From Okamejei kenojei (Eukaryota), in the NCBI GenBank assembly GCA_035221665.1, contig CM069135.1:54994001-55058000 (forward strand): 64,000 nt of DNA, read 5' to 3'. Under the pieces are notes generated by a model that saw only the letters and a program-made list of their open reading frames with translations, ran no database searches and was not told the DNA's origin. Positions 23,881-36,879 of the stretch are shown piece by piece; positions within the stretch are counted from its first letter, which is position 1, and each line of letters opens with the position of its first letter. The translations under genes and the position numbers were made by a program.

Positions 23881-26693
23881 AAACATAGAAAATAAGTGCA
23901 GGAGGGGGCCATTTGGCCCTTCGAGCCAGCACCGCCATTCATTGTGATCATGGCTGATCGTCCGCTATCAATAACCGGTGCCTACCTTCTCCCCATATCC
24001 CTTGACTCCACTAGCCCCTAGAGCTCTATCTTACTCTCCCATAAATCCGTCCAGTAACTTGGCCTCCACTGCCCTCTGTGGCAGGGAATTCCATAAATTC
24101 ACAACTCTCTGGGTGAAAACGTTTTTTCTCACCTAACCTAACCTAACCCTATTGAGATAAAAATCTACCCCCTTGTTTTTGCCACCAAAGTGGATAACCT
24201 CACATTTATCTATATTATACTGCATCTGCCCACTCACTCAACCTGTCCAGGTCACCCTGCAACTTCCTAACATCCTCTTCACAGTTCACACTGCCACCCA
24301 GCTTTGTGTCATCCGCAAACTTGCTAGTGTTGCTCCTAATTCCCTCTTCCAAATTATTAATATATATGGTAAACAGTAGTGGCCCCAACACCGAGCCTTG
24401 CGGCACTCCACTCGCCACTGCCTGCCATTCTGAAAAGGACCCGTTCACTCCTACTCTTTGCTTCCGGTCTGCCAACCAATTTTCTATCCATATCAACACC
24501 CTAACCCCAATACTATCTGCTCTAATTTTAGTCACCAGTCTTCCGTGTGGGACACTATCAAAGGTTTTCTGAAAGTCTAGATACACTACATCCACTGGCA
24601 CCCCTTCATCTGTTTTACTTGTCACATCCTCAAAAAATTGAAGATTAGTCAAGCATGATTTCCCTTTCATAAATCCATGTTGACTTGGACTAATCCTTTT
24701 ACTGCAATCCAAATGCTCCATTATTACCTCTTAATAATTGACTCCAGCATCTTTCCCACCACCGGTCAGACTAACTGCTCTGTAATTCCCTGTTTTCACT
24801 CTCGCTCCTTTCTTGAAAAGTGGGATAACATTAACTATCCTCCAATCCACAGGAACTGATCCTGAATCTGTTGAACATTGGAAAATTATCACCAATGCGT
24901 CCACTATTTCTAGAACCACCTCCCTGAGGACCCTGGGATGCAGACCATCAGGCCCAGGGGATTTATCATCCTTCAGTACCATTAGCCTACCCAATACTAT
25001 TTCTCGCCTAATGAAAATTTATTTCAGTTCCTCTACCCCCTTAGATCCTCTGTCCTCCAGTACATCTGGGAGACTGTTTGTGTCTTCTTTAGTGAAGACA
25101 GATCCGAAGTACCTATTCAACTCTTCTGCAATTTCCTTTTTGCCCATAATAATTTCACCCGTGTCAACCTTCAAGGGACCCACATTTGCCTTTGCTACTC
25201 TTCTCCCCTTAACATATCTAAAGAAGCTTTTACTGTCCTTCTTTATATTCCTGGCCAGCTTCCCTTCGTACTTCATCTTTTCAGCCCGTGTTGCCCGTTT
25301 TGTTTCCTTCTGTTGTCCTATGACAATCCTCTGGCTTCCAGCTACTCTTTGCTGTGTTATACATCTTTTCTTTTAGTTTTATTCTATCCCTAACTTCTCG
25401 TGTCAGCCACGGTTGCCTCCTACTCCCCTTAGAATCTTTCTTCCTTTTTGGAATGAAATGATCCTGCGTCTTCCGGATTATGCCCAGAAATTTCTGCCAT
25501 TGCTGTTCCACCGTCATTCCTGCTAGGATCCCGTTCCAGTCTACCTTGGCCAGCTCCCCTCTCATGCCTTCATAGTCCCCTTTATTCAACTGCATCACTG
25601 ACACTTCCGATTTAATCTTCTCCTTCTCAAATTGCAGATTAAAACTAATCATATTATGATGACTACCTCCAAGCGGTTCCTTTACCTCGAGTTCTCTTAT
25701 GCTATCTGGTTCATTGGACAACACTAAACCCAGAATTGCCTTTTCTCTGGTCGGCTCCATTACAAGTTGCTCTAAGAATCCATCTCGGAGGCATTCTACA
25801 AACTCCCTTTCTTGGGGTCCTGAACCAACCTGATTGTCCAGTCCACCTGCATATTGAAATCCCCCATCACCACAGTGGCATTACCTTTGTTACATGCCAG
25901 TTTTAACTCGCAGCAGCAACTTACATCCTACATCCGGGCTACTATTTGGGGGTCTGTAAATAACACGAATTAGTGCCTTCTTGCCTTTACAATTCCTCAA
26001 CTCAATCCACAGTGACTCTACCTCATCAGTCCCTATGTCTTCCCTCGCAAGGGACTGAATTCCATCCCTCATAGCAGAGCTACTCCCCCTCCTCTGCCCA
26101 CCTGCCTGTCCTTTCTATAGGATGTATAAACCTGAATGTTAAGTTCCTCCTGCAGCCACGTCTCGGTAATCCCCACAATGTCATATCTACCAACCTCTAA
26201 CTGAGCCTCAAGCTCATCCACTTTACTTCTTATACTTTGCGCATTCATATACAATACTTTTAATTCTTTACGCATCTCACCTTTCACATCTATACCTATT
26301 ACACTTGGCCATACTCTCCTATTCCTTCGTGAGCTTCCTTTCCCGTTAATTCTGGGGTCATTAACCATCCCTTTACTCTCTTTCCCTTTAACTCCGTCCT
26401 CGACTATCCCATTTGCTACCCCACCCCCCTCATTCAGTTAAAAACCACCCGTGTAGCAGTGGCAAACCTGCCTGCCAGAATGCTGGTCCCCCACCTGTTA
26501 AGATGCAATCCGTCCCTTTTGTACAGTTCCCCCTTACTCCAAAACAGATCCCAGTGATCTAAGAATCTAATTCCCTGCCCCCTGCACCAGTTCCTCAGCC
26601 ACACATTCAGGTCCCGTATCTCCCTGTTCCTGCTCTCGCCAGCACGAGGAACTGGAAGCAAACTGGAGATAACAACCGTGGAGGTCCTGCTCT
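23881..26693 (-). mobile_element. Long CR1 LINE: ORF1 SGNH esterase end, APE endonuclease, RT, 3' UTR; internally deleted and frameshifted
   Basis: 26434-26844 RFLDHWDLFW...DGLHLN (SGNH-type); 26069-26368 YMNAQSIRSK/GITETW/GGGVALL; 25890-26072 YRPPNS; 24215-24721 QHGFMKGKSCLTN, GVPQGSVLGPLLF, KFADDTKL. The 3' UTR is at 23881-24130. Confidence 0.93.
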
Positions 26694-27059
26694 CATATGC
26701 AGCAAAGGCGGCAGAGTGGACAAAGTGCCAGGAAACGGAGGAGGAGGAGGCGACTGTGAAGGGTTGGAGAGGCTGAGTGGACAAAGTGATGGCTGATAGA
26801 AAGAAGCAATAGGCGGTGAGGACAGAGAGCCCCACTATAACCAAGCTTGTACTGTTGGTGGCAGCGGCCTGAAGAAAACGCTTTCCCCAGTGGCTACAAC
26901 ATGAGCTGCAACAACAGCCATATCAAGAGGGCCATGTGGTGGGTGAAGAAGGGCTCACAGGTGTAAGCTGGGTGTAGCATTGGAAACTGGGGCTGGGGAG
27001 GCAGGGTGGTGTCGGATGGTCTGTTCACTATAACCAAAATCCACTATAAAGGGGTCCAC

Positions 27060-27153
27060 CTGATGAAGGGTCTCGACCCGAAACATCACCATTCCTTCTC
27101 TCCAGAGATGCTGCCTGTCCCGCTGAGTTACTCCAGCTTTTTGTGTCTATCTT
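27060..27153 (+). mobile_element. Penelope-derived hammerhead unit (CTGATGA variant)
   Basis: ctgatgaagggtctcgacccgaaacatc...gagttactccagctttttgtgtctatc. Confidence 0.8.
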
Positions 27154-28199
27154 CCGTTACAAAGAAGGTTTACTGTATTACCTAGCATTCAAGTACCAAT
27201 TCCCAATCACTCCCATTTATCTTATTCTCTGTTCCGATCTTGGCCCAACTACTAATATTCTACCTGGTTATCCAGAAATGGATGGCTGGTTGCAATGCTT
27301 TGGTCTTGACTGATACTGAACTTTGCAGCAGGCTTCAAACAAAACATTTATTGGTCTATCCTGCACAAACATTGTAATGCACCTAAGTACGTGTTATTCA
27401 ATTTCCAGACAGCTGTCTTACTGTGGAAGTATTATTTTATATTTGGGAAGGACTGACAACACTTGTGTTGTGGCTACATCAGCTCCAGCTGAGATAATGG
27501 CAATTTGGTTTATCCCAATATTCCTCATTGGCCAAGAATTTGATGTTGACAGTGAATAAGTGTATATCTGCATATGAGAGCAGGTCCAGAAGCTGCTGTA
27601 ATTTTCACAGTGTTGAAAATAGAACAGTACAGCACTGTAACAGGCACTGTGGCCTGCAATGTCTCTGCTGAACATGATGCCAAATTAAACAAATCCATTT
27701 TGACTAAATTCGCAACCTTTTTGGTCATCCGAGACTCTATTACTTTGCCATTCTTTATCCCTATTCCTTACTGGAACATGCCATCCTGAACTCTGATCAG
27801 CTGGTCTTTAAATGACTCCCACATGTCAGATATGCACTTACCCAATAACACTTTTTCTCTCTCTACCGTTGCTGTGAGATTTGCACAGTATTTCACTCAG
27901 TTTCAGTTCCATTTTGTTATTTCCAACATCTTCAGTATTTTGCCCATGGGTCTGTTATTATTGGTTCTGGACATGCACCTCCATTATGGGGAATATGCTG
28001 ACAGCTGACATATTAACCTGCCAGTGGATTGTTTCTGATGCCATGCTCTGGGCATAAGCAGAGCCCCCAGACTGAAAGAACCAGTGAAGCCTAGCTGCCT
28101 TCCCAGCCAGTCATCCAATGTTAAAAGCTGACCATCTTTTAGTTTTTAGTTTTAGTCTTTGGCTGCTCTATTACAAGTATGTTAAGGCTTTAGAAAGTG

Positions 28200-28612
28200 T
28201 GCAGTGATGCCTGGATTAGGTGTTATTAATGTGTCCAGGGAGAGGTTGGGCACACTTGGATTGTTTTCTCTGTAATGTCAGAATTTGAGTGGAGACCAGA
28301 TAGAAATATATAACATTATGAAATAGATAGAGTAGGCAGTCAGGAACATTTTTCCCAGAGGGAAATATATCAAATACTAGAGGGAATAGCTTTAAAGTGA
28401 GAGGGGTAAAGTTTAAAGGACTATATTACACAGAGAGAGTAAGGTGCTGCCTGGGGTGGTGGTCGAGGCAGAAACAATTTAAGAGACATGGATGGGCATG
28501 TGGATGTATAGGGAATAGAGGTTCATGGATTACCTGCAGGCAGATAGATTTCAGCATCATGTTCAGCAGGCATTGAGGGCCAAGGGATCTGTTCCTTGCT
28601 CTATGTTCTATA
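28200..28612 (+). mobile_element. Degenerate CR1 3' fragment
   Basis: gatgcctggattag...tactagagggaatagctttaaagtgagagg..., ending in a tatgttctat tail. Confidence 0.65.
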
Positions 28613-28962
28613 TGGTCTCTTGTACTGATAACCAACAGGCTAAAATAGACTGCTATATTTACTGGAGTTAACTTGTCTGGATGATGACCTAACAAGTGCA
28701 ATGGAATATTTTCATCCCTCCAGTGCTGAAGTTATTAGTTCACGAGGGCTGGGGAAAGAGTAACTGCTGCTGTTGGCTGCACATGAATCATTTGCAGTAA
28801 TACCAGAGAACTGGTCCTTTCAGAAATAACACCAAGGAAACAATACCATCGAGCACATTCATAGAAAGCTCTGCTCAAGTGATTTTGTGTTGCTGCATCA
28901 ATTTTTGAAACCACTGTGCTCCTTGTCAGAGTAGAAAAAGATTAATGTGTGCTTTTGAGACT

Positions 28963-29153
28963 TCTTCTTCTTTCGTGTGGTGTGCACAGCCTAAAGTTTT
29001 TGGACAACTTGTTCTATTTAATATTTCCTCACCCAGACTCGATACCACAGCATCCTCACCCTTGTTCTATTTAATCTTCCGTTTGTGCATGTCGAGTTGA
29101 TTGCATTAGTCGAAACAAGGCGGACCACGTGATGGTTGCAATCTTCCACTCCC
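28963..29153 (-). mobile_element. HDV-ribozyme-headed short retroposon, copy 1
   Basis: The minus strand reads ribozyme fold, 3' stem-loop, then (AAG)n tail. TSD ttgagact at 28955-28962 and 29154-29161. Confidence 0.85.
29099..29152 (-). ncRNA. Minimal HDV-like ribozyme (predicted); catalytic C retained
   Basis: P1 GGAGTGG, AA, P2 GATTGCA, P3 ACC, L3 ATCACGT, P3' GGT, P1' CCGCCTT, G, TTTCGA, CTAA, P2' TGCAATC. There is one A-C mismatch in P1. Confidence 0.7.
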
Positions 29154-29416
29154 TTGAGACTGTTGTATCTGTAGGATAGGATGTTAAATGGTACTAACTT
29201 GAAATGTTGTGATTTATATTTATGCAGCCTTTTACATGTAAAGTTAAAAAAAACTTTCATTGATGCTGGAATGGAGTTTCTATCCTCATGTATATGCACA
29301 TCCGGAACAAGAATCGTTTTGTTAAGAAATTTCTATAGCACCGTTTTCTTTTAAAATATGCTCCTTTATCAAAAAGCCCTTACACTTTTGAATGTGGAAA
29401 AAATTTCAACAAGCTG

Positions 29417-29721
29417 GGGGCGGACAGTGGCGAAGCGGTAGAGTTGCTGCCTTACAGCGCTTGCAGCACCAGAGATCCCGATTACAGGTACTGTCTGTAT
29501 AGAGTTTATATGTTCTCCCCGAGACCAGTGGGTATTCTCCGAGATAATCGGTTTCCTCCCACACTCCAAAGACGTATATGTTTGTAGGTTAATTGGCTTG
29601 GGTTTGTATACTTGGTATAAGTGTAAATTGTATAAGTTTGTGTTAATATGCAGGGATCACTGGTCAGTGCGGACTCGGTGGGCCAAAGAGCCTGTTTCCG
29701 CACTGTATCTCTAAACTAAAC
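29417..29721 (+). mobile_element. tRNA-type SINE
   Basis: ggcggacagtggcgaagcggtagagttgctgcc head (A-box-like), conserved core, and ctgtatctctaaactaaa tail. Confidence 0.85.
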
Positions 29722-29899
29722 AAAATCTGAGGGAAAAAAGTATGATTTTTAACCATTTTAAATGTTCCACAGATAGTGAAATGGGGGCACACCCAGTCCT
29801 GTTGCCAGATTTTAACCAAAAACATTGGCCATTCCTTTCCATCCACAGATGATGCTCGACACACTGTTCTGCTAGTTTGTACTAGTATTGTTCACCAGT

Positions 29900-31790
29900 G
29901 ATGTAACCGTAGACCGGATGGTGGCAAATGTGCCTTTATTTAAGAAGGATTGCAAAAACATGCTAGAACACTACAGACCAGTGAGCCTAACATCAGTTGT
30001 TGGGAAAGTTACTGGAGGGGATTCTGAGAGACAGGATCTATCTGCATTTGGAACAATAGGACTGGTTATGGATAGCTCATGACAGATCGTGTCTCACAAA
30101 TTTGATTTGAGATTTTTAAAGAGTGACCAAGAGGATTGATTAGGGCAAGGTAATGGACATTGTTTACATGGATTTTAGCAAGGTCTTAGACAAGATTGCA
30201 CAAGGTAGGCTGGTCTAAAAGGTCAGATCGCATGGACTCCAGGGTGAACTAGCCAATTGGATATAAAATTGACTTGATGGAAGGAGAAGCTGATAGAATA
30301 GGGTTGTTCCTCGTATATATTGAAAGACTGTGATCAGAGATGTGCTACAGGGATCGATGTTGGGTTTGTTGTTGTTTGTCATCTATTTTATTAATTTGGG
30401 TTAGAATGTAGTTAGCATGGTTAGTATGTTTGTGGAAGACACCAAAACTGGGGGTAGAATGAGGAGTGAAGAGTTACTGAGATTATAGCAAGATCAACTG
30501 GGAAAGTGTGCCAAGAACTGGCAGATGGAATTTAATTTGGACTTATGTGAAGTGTGGTGTTTTGGTAAGTTGAACCCATGCAGGACAGACAGTAAATGTC
30601 AAGGCCCTTGGAGAGAGTGTTGTAGAACAGAGTGACCTTGGGTTACAAAATTGTTCCCTAAAGGTGGCGACAAATAGACAGGATGGTGAAGAAGGCATTT
30701 GGCATGTTTGCCTTCATCAGTCAGAGCACTAACTGCAAAAGTTGACATTATATTATAAATGTGTATGATGTTGGTGTCACACTTACAGTCATGTGTGCAG
30801 TCCAGTTCTGGTGTAAGAAAGGCATCATTAAGCTGTAAAGAGTGGAGAAAAGATTCACAAGGATGTTACTGGAACTAAAAGCTTTGAATTATAAGGGGAG
30901 ACTGAAAGATTAGGGCTTTCTTTGGAGCGTTGAAAGTTGACAGATGATCTTATTGAGGTTTATAAAATCGTGAGGGCATAGATACAGTGAATGTCCGGTC
31001 TTTTCCTAGGAAGGGATGTCTCAAACTTGAGGGCATAGATTTAATGTGAGTGGGACATGAGGGACAATCTTTCCTCACAGGATGGTGAGAATGTGATATG
31101 AGCTGCCACAGGAGGTGGTAGCGGTGAGTGGCAAATCCCATGGACAGGTACTTCAATATTGGCCTAATGCAGACAAATTGGACTAATTTAGTTGGGCAAC
31201 TTGGTCAGAGGCTCTAAAAGAAGGGAGGTTATACTTCAGTTGTAAAGAACGTCGGGAAATCATTTCTGGAATAATGCATACATAATTAGTTTCAGTTTAG
31301 TTTATTGTCACATGTACCGAGGTGCAATGAAAATATTTTGTTATGTGCTAACCAGTCAGCAGAAAGACAATACATGTTTACAAGCAATCCATTTGGATGC
31401 ACGATAAGGGAATAACGTTTAGTCTCTTTATTTAAGGACAAATACCAATACGTCGGTAGTTCAGTGAGAGTCCACTTGGAAAACAGTTAGAATGGGCTGG
31501 TTGTCTTATGAGGAAAGATTGGACAAAGTAGGTTTCTATTTGCTGGAGTTTAGAAGAGACAACAGGAACTTGTAATATAAAAGATCCTGATGGGTCTTCA
31601 CAGGATGGATATGGAGCATTTCCTCTTGTGACAAACTCTAGGTCACATCATAAGGCATCATGTTCCATCAAAGATGACTGAATCTTTTCTTTTTCCAAAA
31701 GATTTGTACATCTTTGAAGTCACTTGGAAGGAAGATTTGTGAATGTTTTTGAGGTTAATAGATTCCTAATCAAAATTGGGTTGAAAGGCT
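29900..31790 (+). mobile_element. Old degenerate CR1 RT fragments
   Basis: VANVPLFKK..YRPVSLTSVVGK, then decayed RT and 3' regions. At least two copies. Confidence 0.75.
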
Positions 31791-33399
31791 GCTGCAATCC
31801 TCTATGCAAAATCAGTGCATTATGAAATGTTCTTAAACTATTGTTGCAAAACATCTGAATTATCACAAATATTTGGTGCAAACAATTGTCCGATTTGGAT
31901 AACACATTTGGTTTCCAATTTGATCAGAGATTCTATTCCAAGCTGAACATAATACAATTAATTATTGCTGAAAATCCACATCCTTTATTTCATTATTAAA
32001 ATTAATGATTTGCATATGGTTGTTGTACATCTCCTTCAACCTGTAAGTGTCACAAAAGTGGCAATCACCGCTGGGCCATATTATCAGCTTCAAGCAACGG
32101 ATTTTTTGATTGCAAATGCGCAAAGTGTGGCATAAGTAGATCCCACCTTGAAAATGGTACCAGTTCCATGAGGTGATCATGACCCACTTGAGTCAGTAAC
32201 AAGGCCACATTCCTTGCTAGTGTGGCTGAGGAATTTTGTTTTCATGGTACAATGTGCACACTTTGTTATTGCACATGTGACTTTCATATGACTCTGTTCA
32301 CTTGGTTTTATGACCTCATTGTGTTTTGAAATAGTTTTGAGAGTTAGAGTTGACCAGATGCGAAAAACGCTTATATTGTCAATATATCTTGCATTTATCC
32401 AGAAATGGCCATTCAATGACACACAATTCCTCATGCAAGATTATAATCGCTGAACAAATCTTGAAATCAAATGATCTCTATATTTGATGTGTTTCTTCTG
32501 ATAATGCATTTGTATTACAGGGACATCAAAGAGGAGGTTGAAGCTTGAAAGCTTTAATAAATCGTTTGTGAAAATATATCCCTGTAACAGTGTACAGTTC
32601 TATAAGAGTTAGCCAAATGATCTGACATGTTCCAGCCGAGATGAGACGAGCTTTATTCCTCTGCATTTAATATATTCCTATCCGCGGCTTGAAAAGAAAG
32701 TGTCATCTATAATTCATTCAGTTGCTGATTTCACGCTGTGCAATACTGTCTGATGACTTCACCATTCAGTGCTGAAAAGATATACTTCAGGCTTGCTGAT
32801 AGGATCAAAGTTTGTAAATGCACACACATTTAGGAAATCCAATTTGATGTTCATAGATAATAAATGTTGTTAATTTAAACATTGCAAGTGTTTCTAAGAC
32901 TTAAAATGATATATAAATTAAAGTAACAGGAAAAACCAAGCAAGACAGCAAACAACAACAGTTTGCTATAATAAGAGAAGGAGTAGATTTAAGATTGAGC
33001 AGTTTGCTGCCTTAAATTGGTGGTAACTGCATTAAAAATGACAAAGCCACAATCCGCAAGTAAAGTGATTGTGGAAGCTGTTTTGTCAAGAGTTCAAGGC
33101 AAATAAATCTTGGCAGGGCTGTGTACACTAGCGTTGAAAACAATTTAGATGTAACTAGATGTTTATCTCCATTAATCAATTATCGTAAGGTCCTATTAGA
33201 GGTCTCTGCAATCTCTTTTAACATGAAATGGGAAGCCTCCTACAAATTTATGTACTATGAATGGAACTTATTATTTAAAGAGGTCAATCAAATCAAATTT
33301 GTTTTCCCAAATTAATTTTTTCAAGGGAATTGCAGCTACTAATTTACCAAACTTCTGTTAATTTCATTGTAAGTACGTTGTAACTGTACAACTGCCATT

Positions 33400-35070
33400 A
33401 ATGCTCTTGCATTTGACCTCCCAAGTGGGACATCTGGCACTTGCTCAGGTTAAACTATATCTGCCCTGTCCATTTCTGTAGCAGATTTATATTCTGTTGT
33501 ATTCTTTGATAGCCTTCCTCAGTCTATGACCCTAGCAATCTTGATGTAATCCTCAAACTTACTAACCAACCCATGTAAACATAGAAACATAGAACATAGG
33601 AAAATAGGTGCAGGAGTAGGCAATTTGGCCCTTCGAGCCAGCACCACCATTCAATATGATCATGGCTGATCATCCAAAATCAGTACCTCGTTCCTGCTTT
33701 TTACCCTTATCACATGATTCCGTTAGCCCTAAGAGATAAATCTAACTCTCTTGAAAACATCCAGTGAATTGGCTTCCACTGCTTTCTGTGGCAGAGAATT
33801 CCACAGATTCACAACTCTCTGGGTGAAAACGATTTTTCTCATCTCAGTCTGAAATGGCCTACCCCTTATTCTTAAATTGTGACCCCTGGTCTGGACTCCC
33901 CCCAACATTGGGAACATTTTTCCTGCATCTAGCCTGTCCAATCCCTTAAGAATTTTATATGTTTCTATGATGCCCTCTCATTCTTCTAAATTCCAGTGAA
34001 TAGAAGCCCAGTTGACCCTATTTACAACCAAGTCATTTGTATATATATCACAAACAGCAGAGGTCTCAGCACAGATCCCCGCAGAACTCCATTGGGCACA
34101 GACCTTCAGCATGAATATTGTCATTTCACCACAACTCTGTCTTCTATCAATAGGCTATTCTGAATCCACACAACAAAATCATTGTTAATTCTGTGCACCG
34201 TAATCTTCGAGATTAGCCGACCATGGGATACTTTGTCAAATGATTTGCGAAAATCCATGTAAAGAACATCCACTATCCTCATCAATCGTCATCTCCGCAA
34301 AAAAAAACAATCGTTAGTAGGACATGACCTGTCATGTACAATGCCATGTTGATTGCCCCTAATTAGACCATTCTCTTCCAAATGGGAGTAACTCCTATCC
34401 CATAGAATCCTCTCCAATAGCCTCACTACCACTGACGTGAGACGTCTGCTGATAATTCCCTGATTTCTCTCTACTTCTTAAAAAAACCTAGCAACATTGG
34501 CTATTCTCCAGTCCTCCAGGACCTCGCTTGTGCCAAGAGAAGATGCAAAGATTGCTCCTGCAATCTCCTCTCTAGCCTCTCTAGGTAATCTAGGATAAAC
34601 CCATCTCGTCAGGGGGATTTATTCACTTAATGCTCTTCAAAAGCCCCAACACCACCACCTCCTTAGTCTTGAACTGCCCTTTACGTACTCTCCACACTGA
34701 TCTCACTGTCCTCCATGACCTTCTCCTTGGTGAAGATAGATGCAAAGTACTTGTTTTGTAACATGCCTACATTCCCAGACTCCAAGCAGAAATTCCTTCC
34801 TTGATCCTCGAGCTGCCCTACCGTCTCCCTGATTATCCTCTTGTTTTTATTATAGGTATAAAAAGCTTTGGGATATTCCTTAATCCAACTCACCTAAGCC
34901 ATTTCACAGCCTCTTGGCCCTTTTAATTGCCACCTTGAGTTCTTTCTTCCTTTCTTTATATTCCTCAGTGCCCCCTGTCTGATTCAATCCTCTTAACCCT
35001 TGCAAGTCCTTACTTTTCTCTTTTTGACCAAATTAACAGCCTCTGGTCATCCAAGGTTCCCTTAGTTTAC
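33400..35070 (-). mobile_element. Old CR1 (RT/tether) with a younger CR1 3' end nested at about 33577-34015
   Basis: ORF 33729-33941 (TRGHNLRIRG..VVNLWNSLP) with an (aacataga)n tail at 33577. Host ORF 34681-34893 (IKEYPKAFYTY..NKYFASIFTKE). Confidence 0.8.
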
Positions 35071-35299
35071 CATCCATGCCTACGTCTTTGCCAATATACT
35101 TTTGACCATCACAATGTTGAATTAAAGTGTTAATTATTTAAATATTCAAACAAGCCATTAGATATACTTAGGTGCATTTGTGTCATCACCAGTAATGAAA
35201 TAATTCCACAGTGTTGGAATATAAGACTTTGTTGCACAAGAAGTCACTCATTCAGTTCATAACTAACTCGAATGTTAACTCAATACAGTTGGCTCAGTA

Positions 35300-36798
35300 T
35301 GCTTAGAAGTATGGGAAACAGTGAAGAATCCTGCAAAAAGAAATGGGTTATTCGAAAGGCAGATAAATGGCAGATGAAAATTAATATGAAGAAATGTCAA
35401 GCAATACAGTTGGCAGAAAGAAAATTATACTTTTACAAGAGTGCGCGGAATCGGAAAATAATCACTAAAAGCCTTAAAGATGGAAGAGCATTTTAAGAGA
35501 TTGGTTAGAAAAGCTTCTTATATCCTGGGATTCACACATACAGATGTTAAGATCAAAGAAACTAGTGTCTATAGCAGAGATCAGTGCAATCCTGTGAATT
35601 ATCTACATTAACAACCTGATTGTGGATGTTGGAGGTATGTCTTGTAAGTTTGCTTATGACACAATGTTTGGTAGTGAGAATGGTAGTTTTTTGGCAACAG
35701 AACATTATTGATGAGTTATTAAGATAGGCAGAAAAATGGATGATGGAACATGATCCAAAAAAATGTATGATGATGCATTTTGTGGGCACTAATAAGACTA
35801 AGACACAATGAAAAGTTGGACCCGAAGAAGTACCGAGGAACAGATGGACCTTGACATACATGTCCATAGATTCTCAAAGGCAGCAGCACAGTAGGCAAGG
35901 TGGTAAAGGATGTATACAGGATACTTACCTTTATTAACCCGGGCATAAAATATAAGGTCAAGAAACTTTTAGCAGAACTATATAATGCATTCGTGAGGTT
36001 GCAGCTAGAGTACAGTGTGCTGTTCTAATCATCACAGTGGTAACAATCAGAACAGACACCGGGGAAGGATATGATTGAACTATCAAGGTGCAAAGATATT
36101 CACCATGTTATTGTCTGGGTTAGAGTCTTTCAGCAATGATGTGACACCTTTTAGGCTGGGTTTATTTTCTTTGGAGCAGAGAAGGCTGAGGGTTTGCCTG
36201 ATTGATCCCTCCAAAATCACAAGAACAATACATATGGTAGATATTGAGAAATGAACTGCATCTACCAGAGATGCAATGTATTCAATACGCTTGTGCATGC
36301 AAAACAAACAATTTCACTGTGACATGTCACATGTGATAATAAAGTATTATTCAGTCATCGTTCATTCATTCAGGTTTAAGGCTAGGGTAGTAGATTTGAC
36401 AAGAGGTTGGGGGACAATTTTGTTTAACCTATAAGGTGCTGGAAATAATGCATTTCCTGAATGGATTTTGGAGGCAAATTTTCTCATAATATTTATTTAG
36501 ATTAAGCTCTTGAAGTATAGCAGGCTTCAGGCAGTTAGCTGGAAAATAGGATTGATATGGATGAGTATTTGACAGCTGTCATGCACACAGTGGTGTGTGG
36601 GTCCATGATTCTGAGTACCAAAAGCAGAAAAGTTGAACAGCATAGCTTAGATCTCAACATGAGTATTTTATCCAATTCTAGAAGCCATGCTTTAGATGCG
36701 AGGATGGATGTAGAAAGTATTTATTAGAATGATTCCAGGAATGAGGGATTTTAATTTTCTGGAGGATGAGGAATGAACAAGGTGGAGAGGAGATTTGA
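35300..36798 (+). mobile_element. Old degenerate CR1 fragments
   Basis: ADKWQMKINMKKC motif and decayed aagtttgcttatgacac (FADDT) and 3' regions. Confidence 0.6.
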
Positions 36799-36879
36799 TC
36801 ACAATCACAATCTCACCATCACAATCACAATAATACTTTATTAGCCAACATACGAGGAATTTCATTTGCCAAGTCGGTC

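Noticed and set aside
24306-25376. Plus-strand ORFs of 88-187 aa
   Set aside because: They are antisense shadows of the minus-strand CR1 ORF2.
26434-26844. SGNH hydrolase as a host gene or captured bacterial gene
   Set aside because: It sits directly upstream of the CR1 endonuclease and recurs at 63661. An esterase domain in CR1 ORF1 is established.
29417-29500. tRNA gene
   Set aside because: It is the tRNA-like head of a multi-copy SINE and does not give a full cloverleaf.
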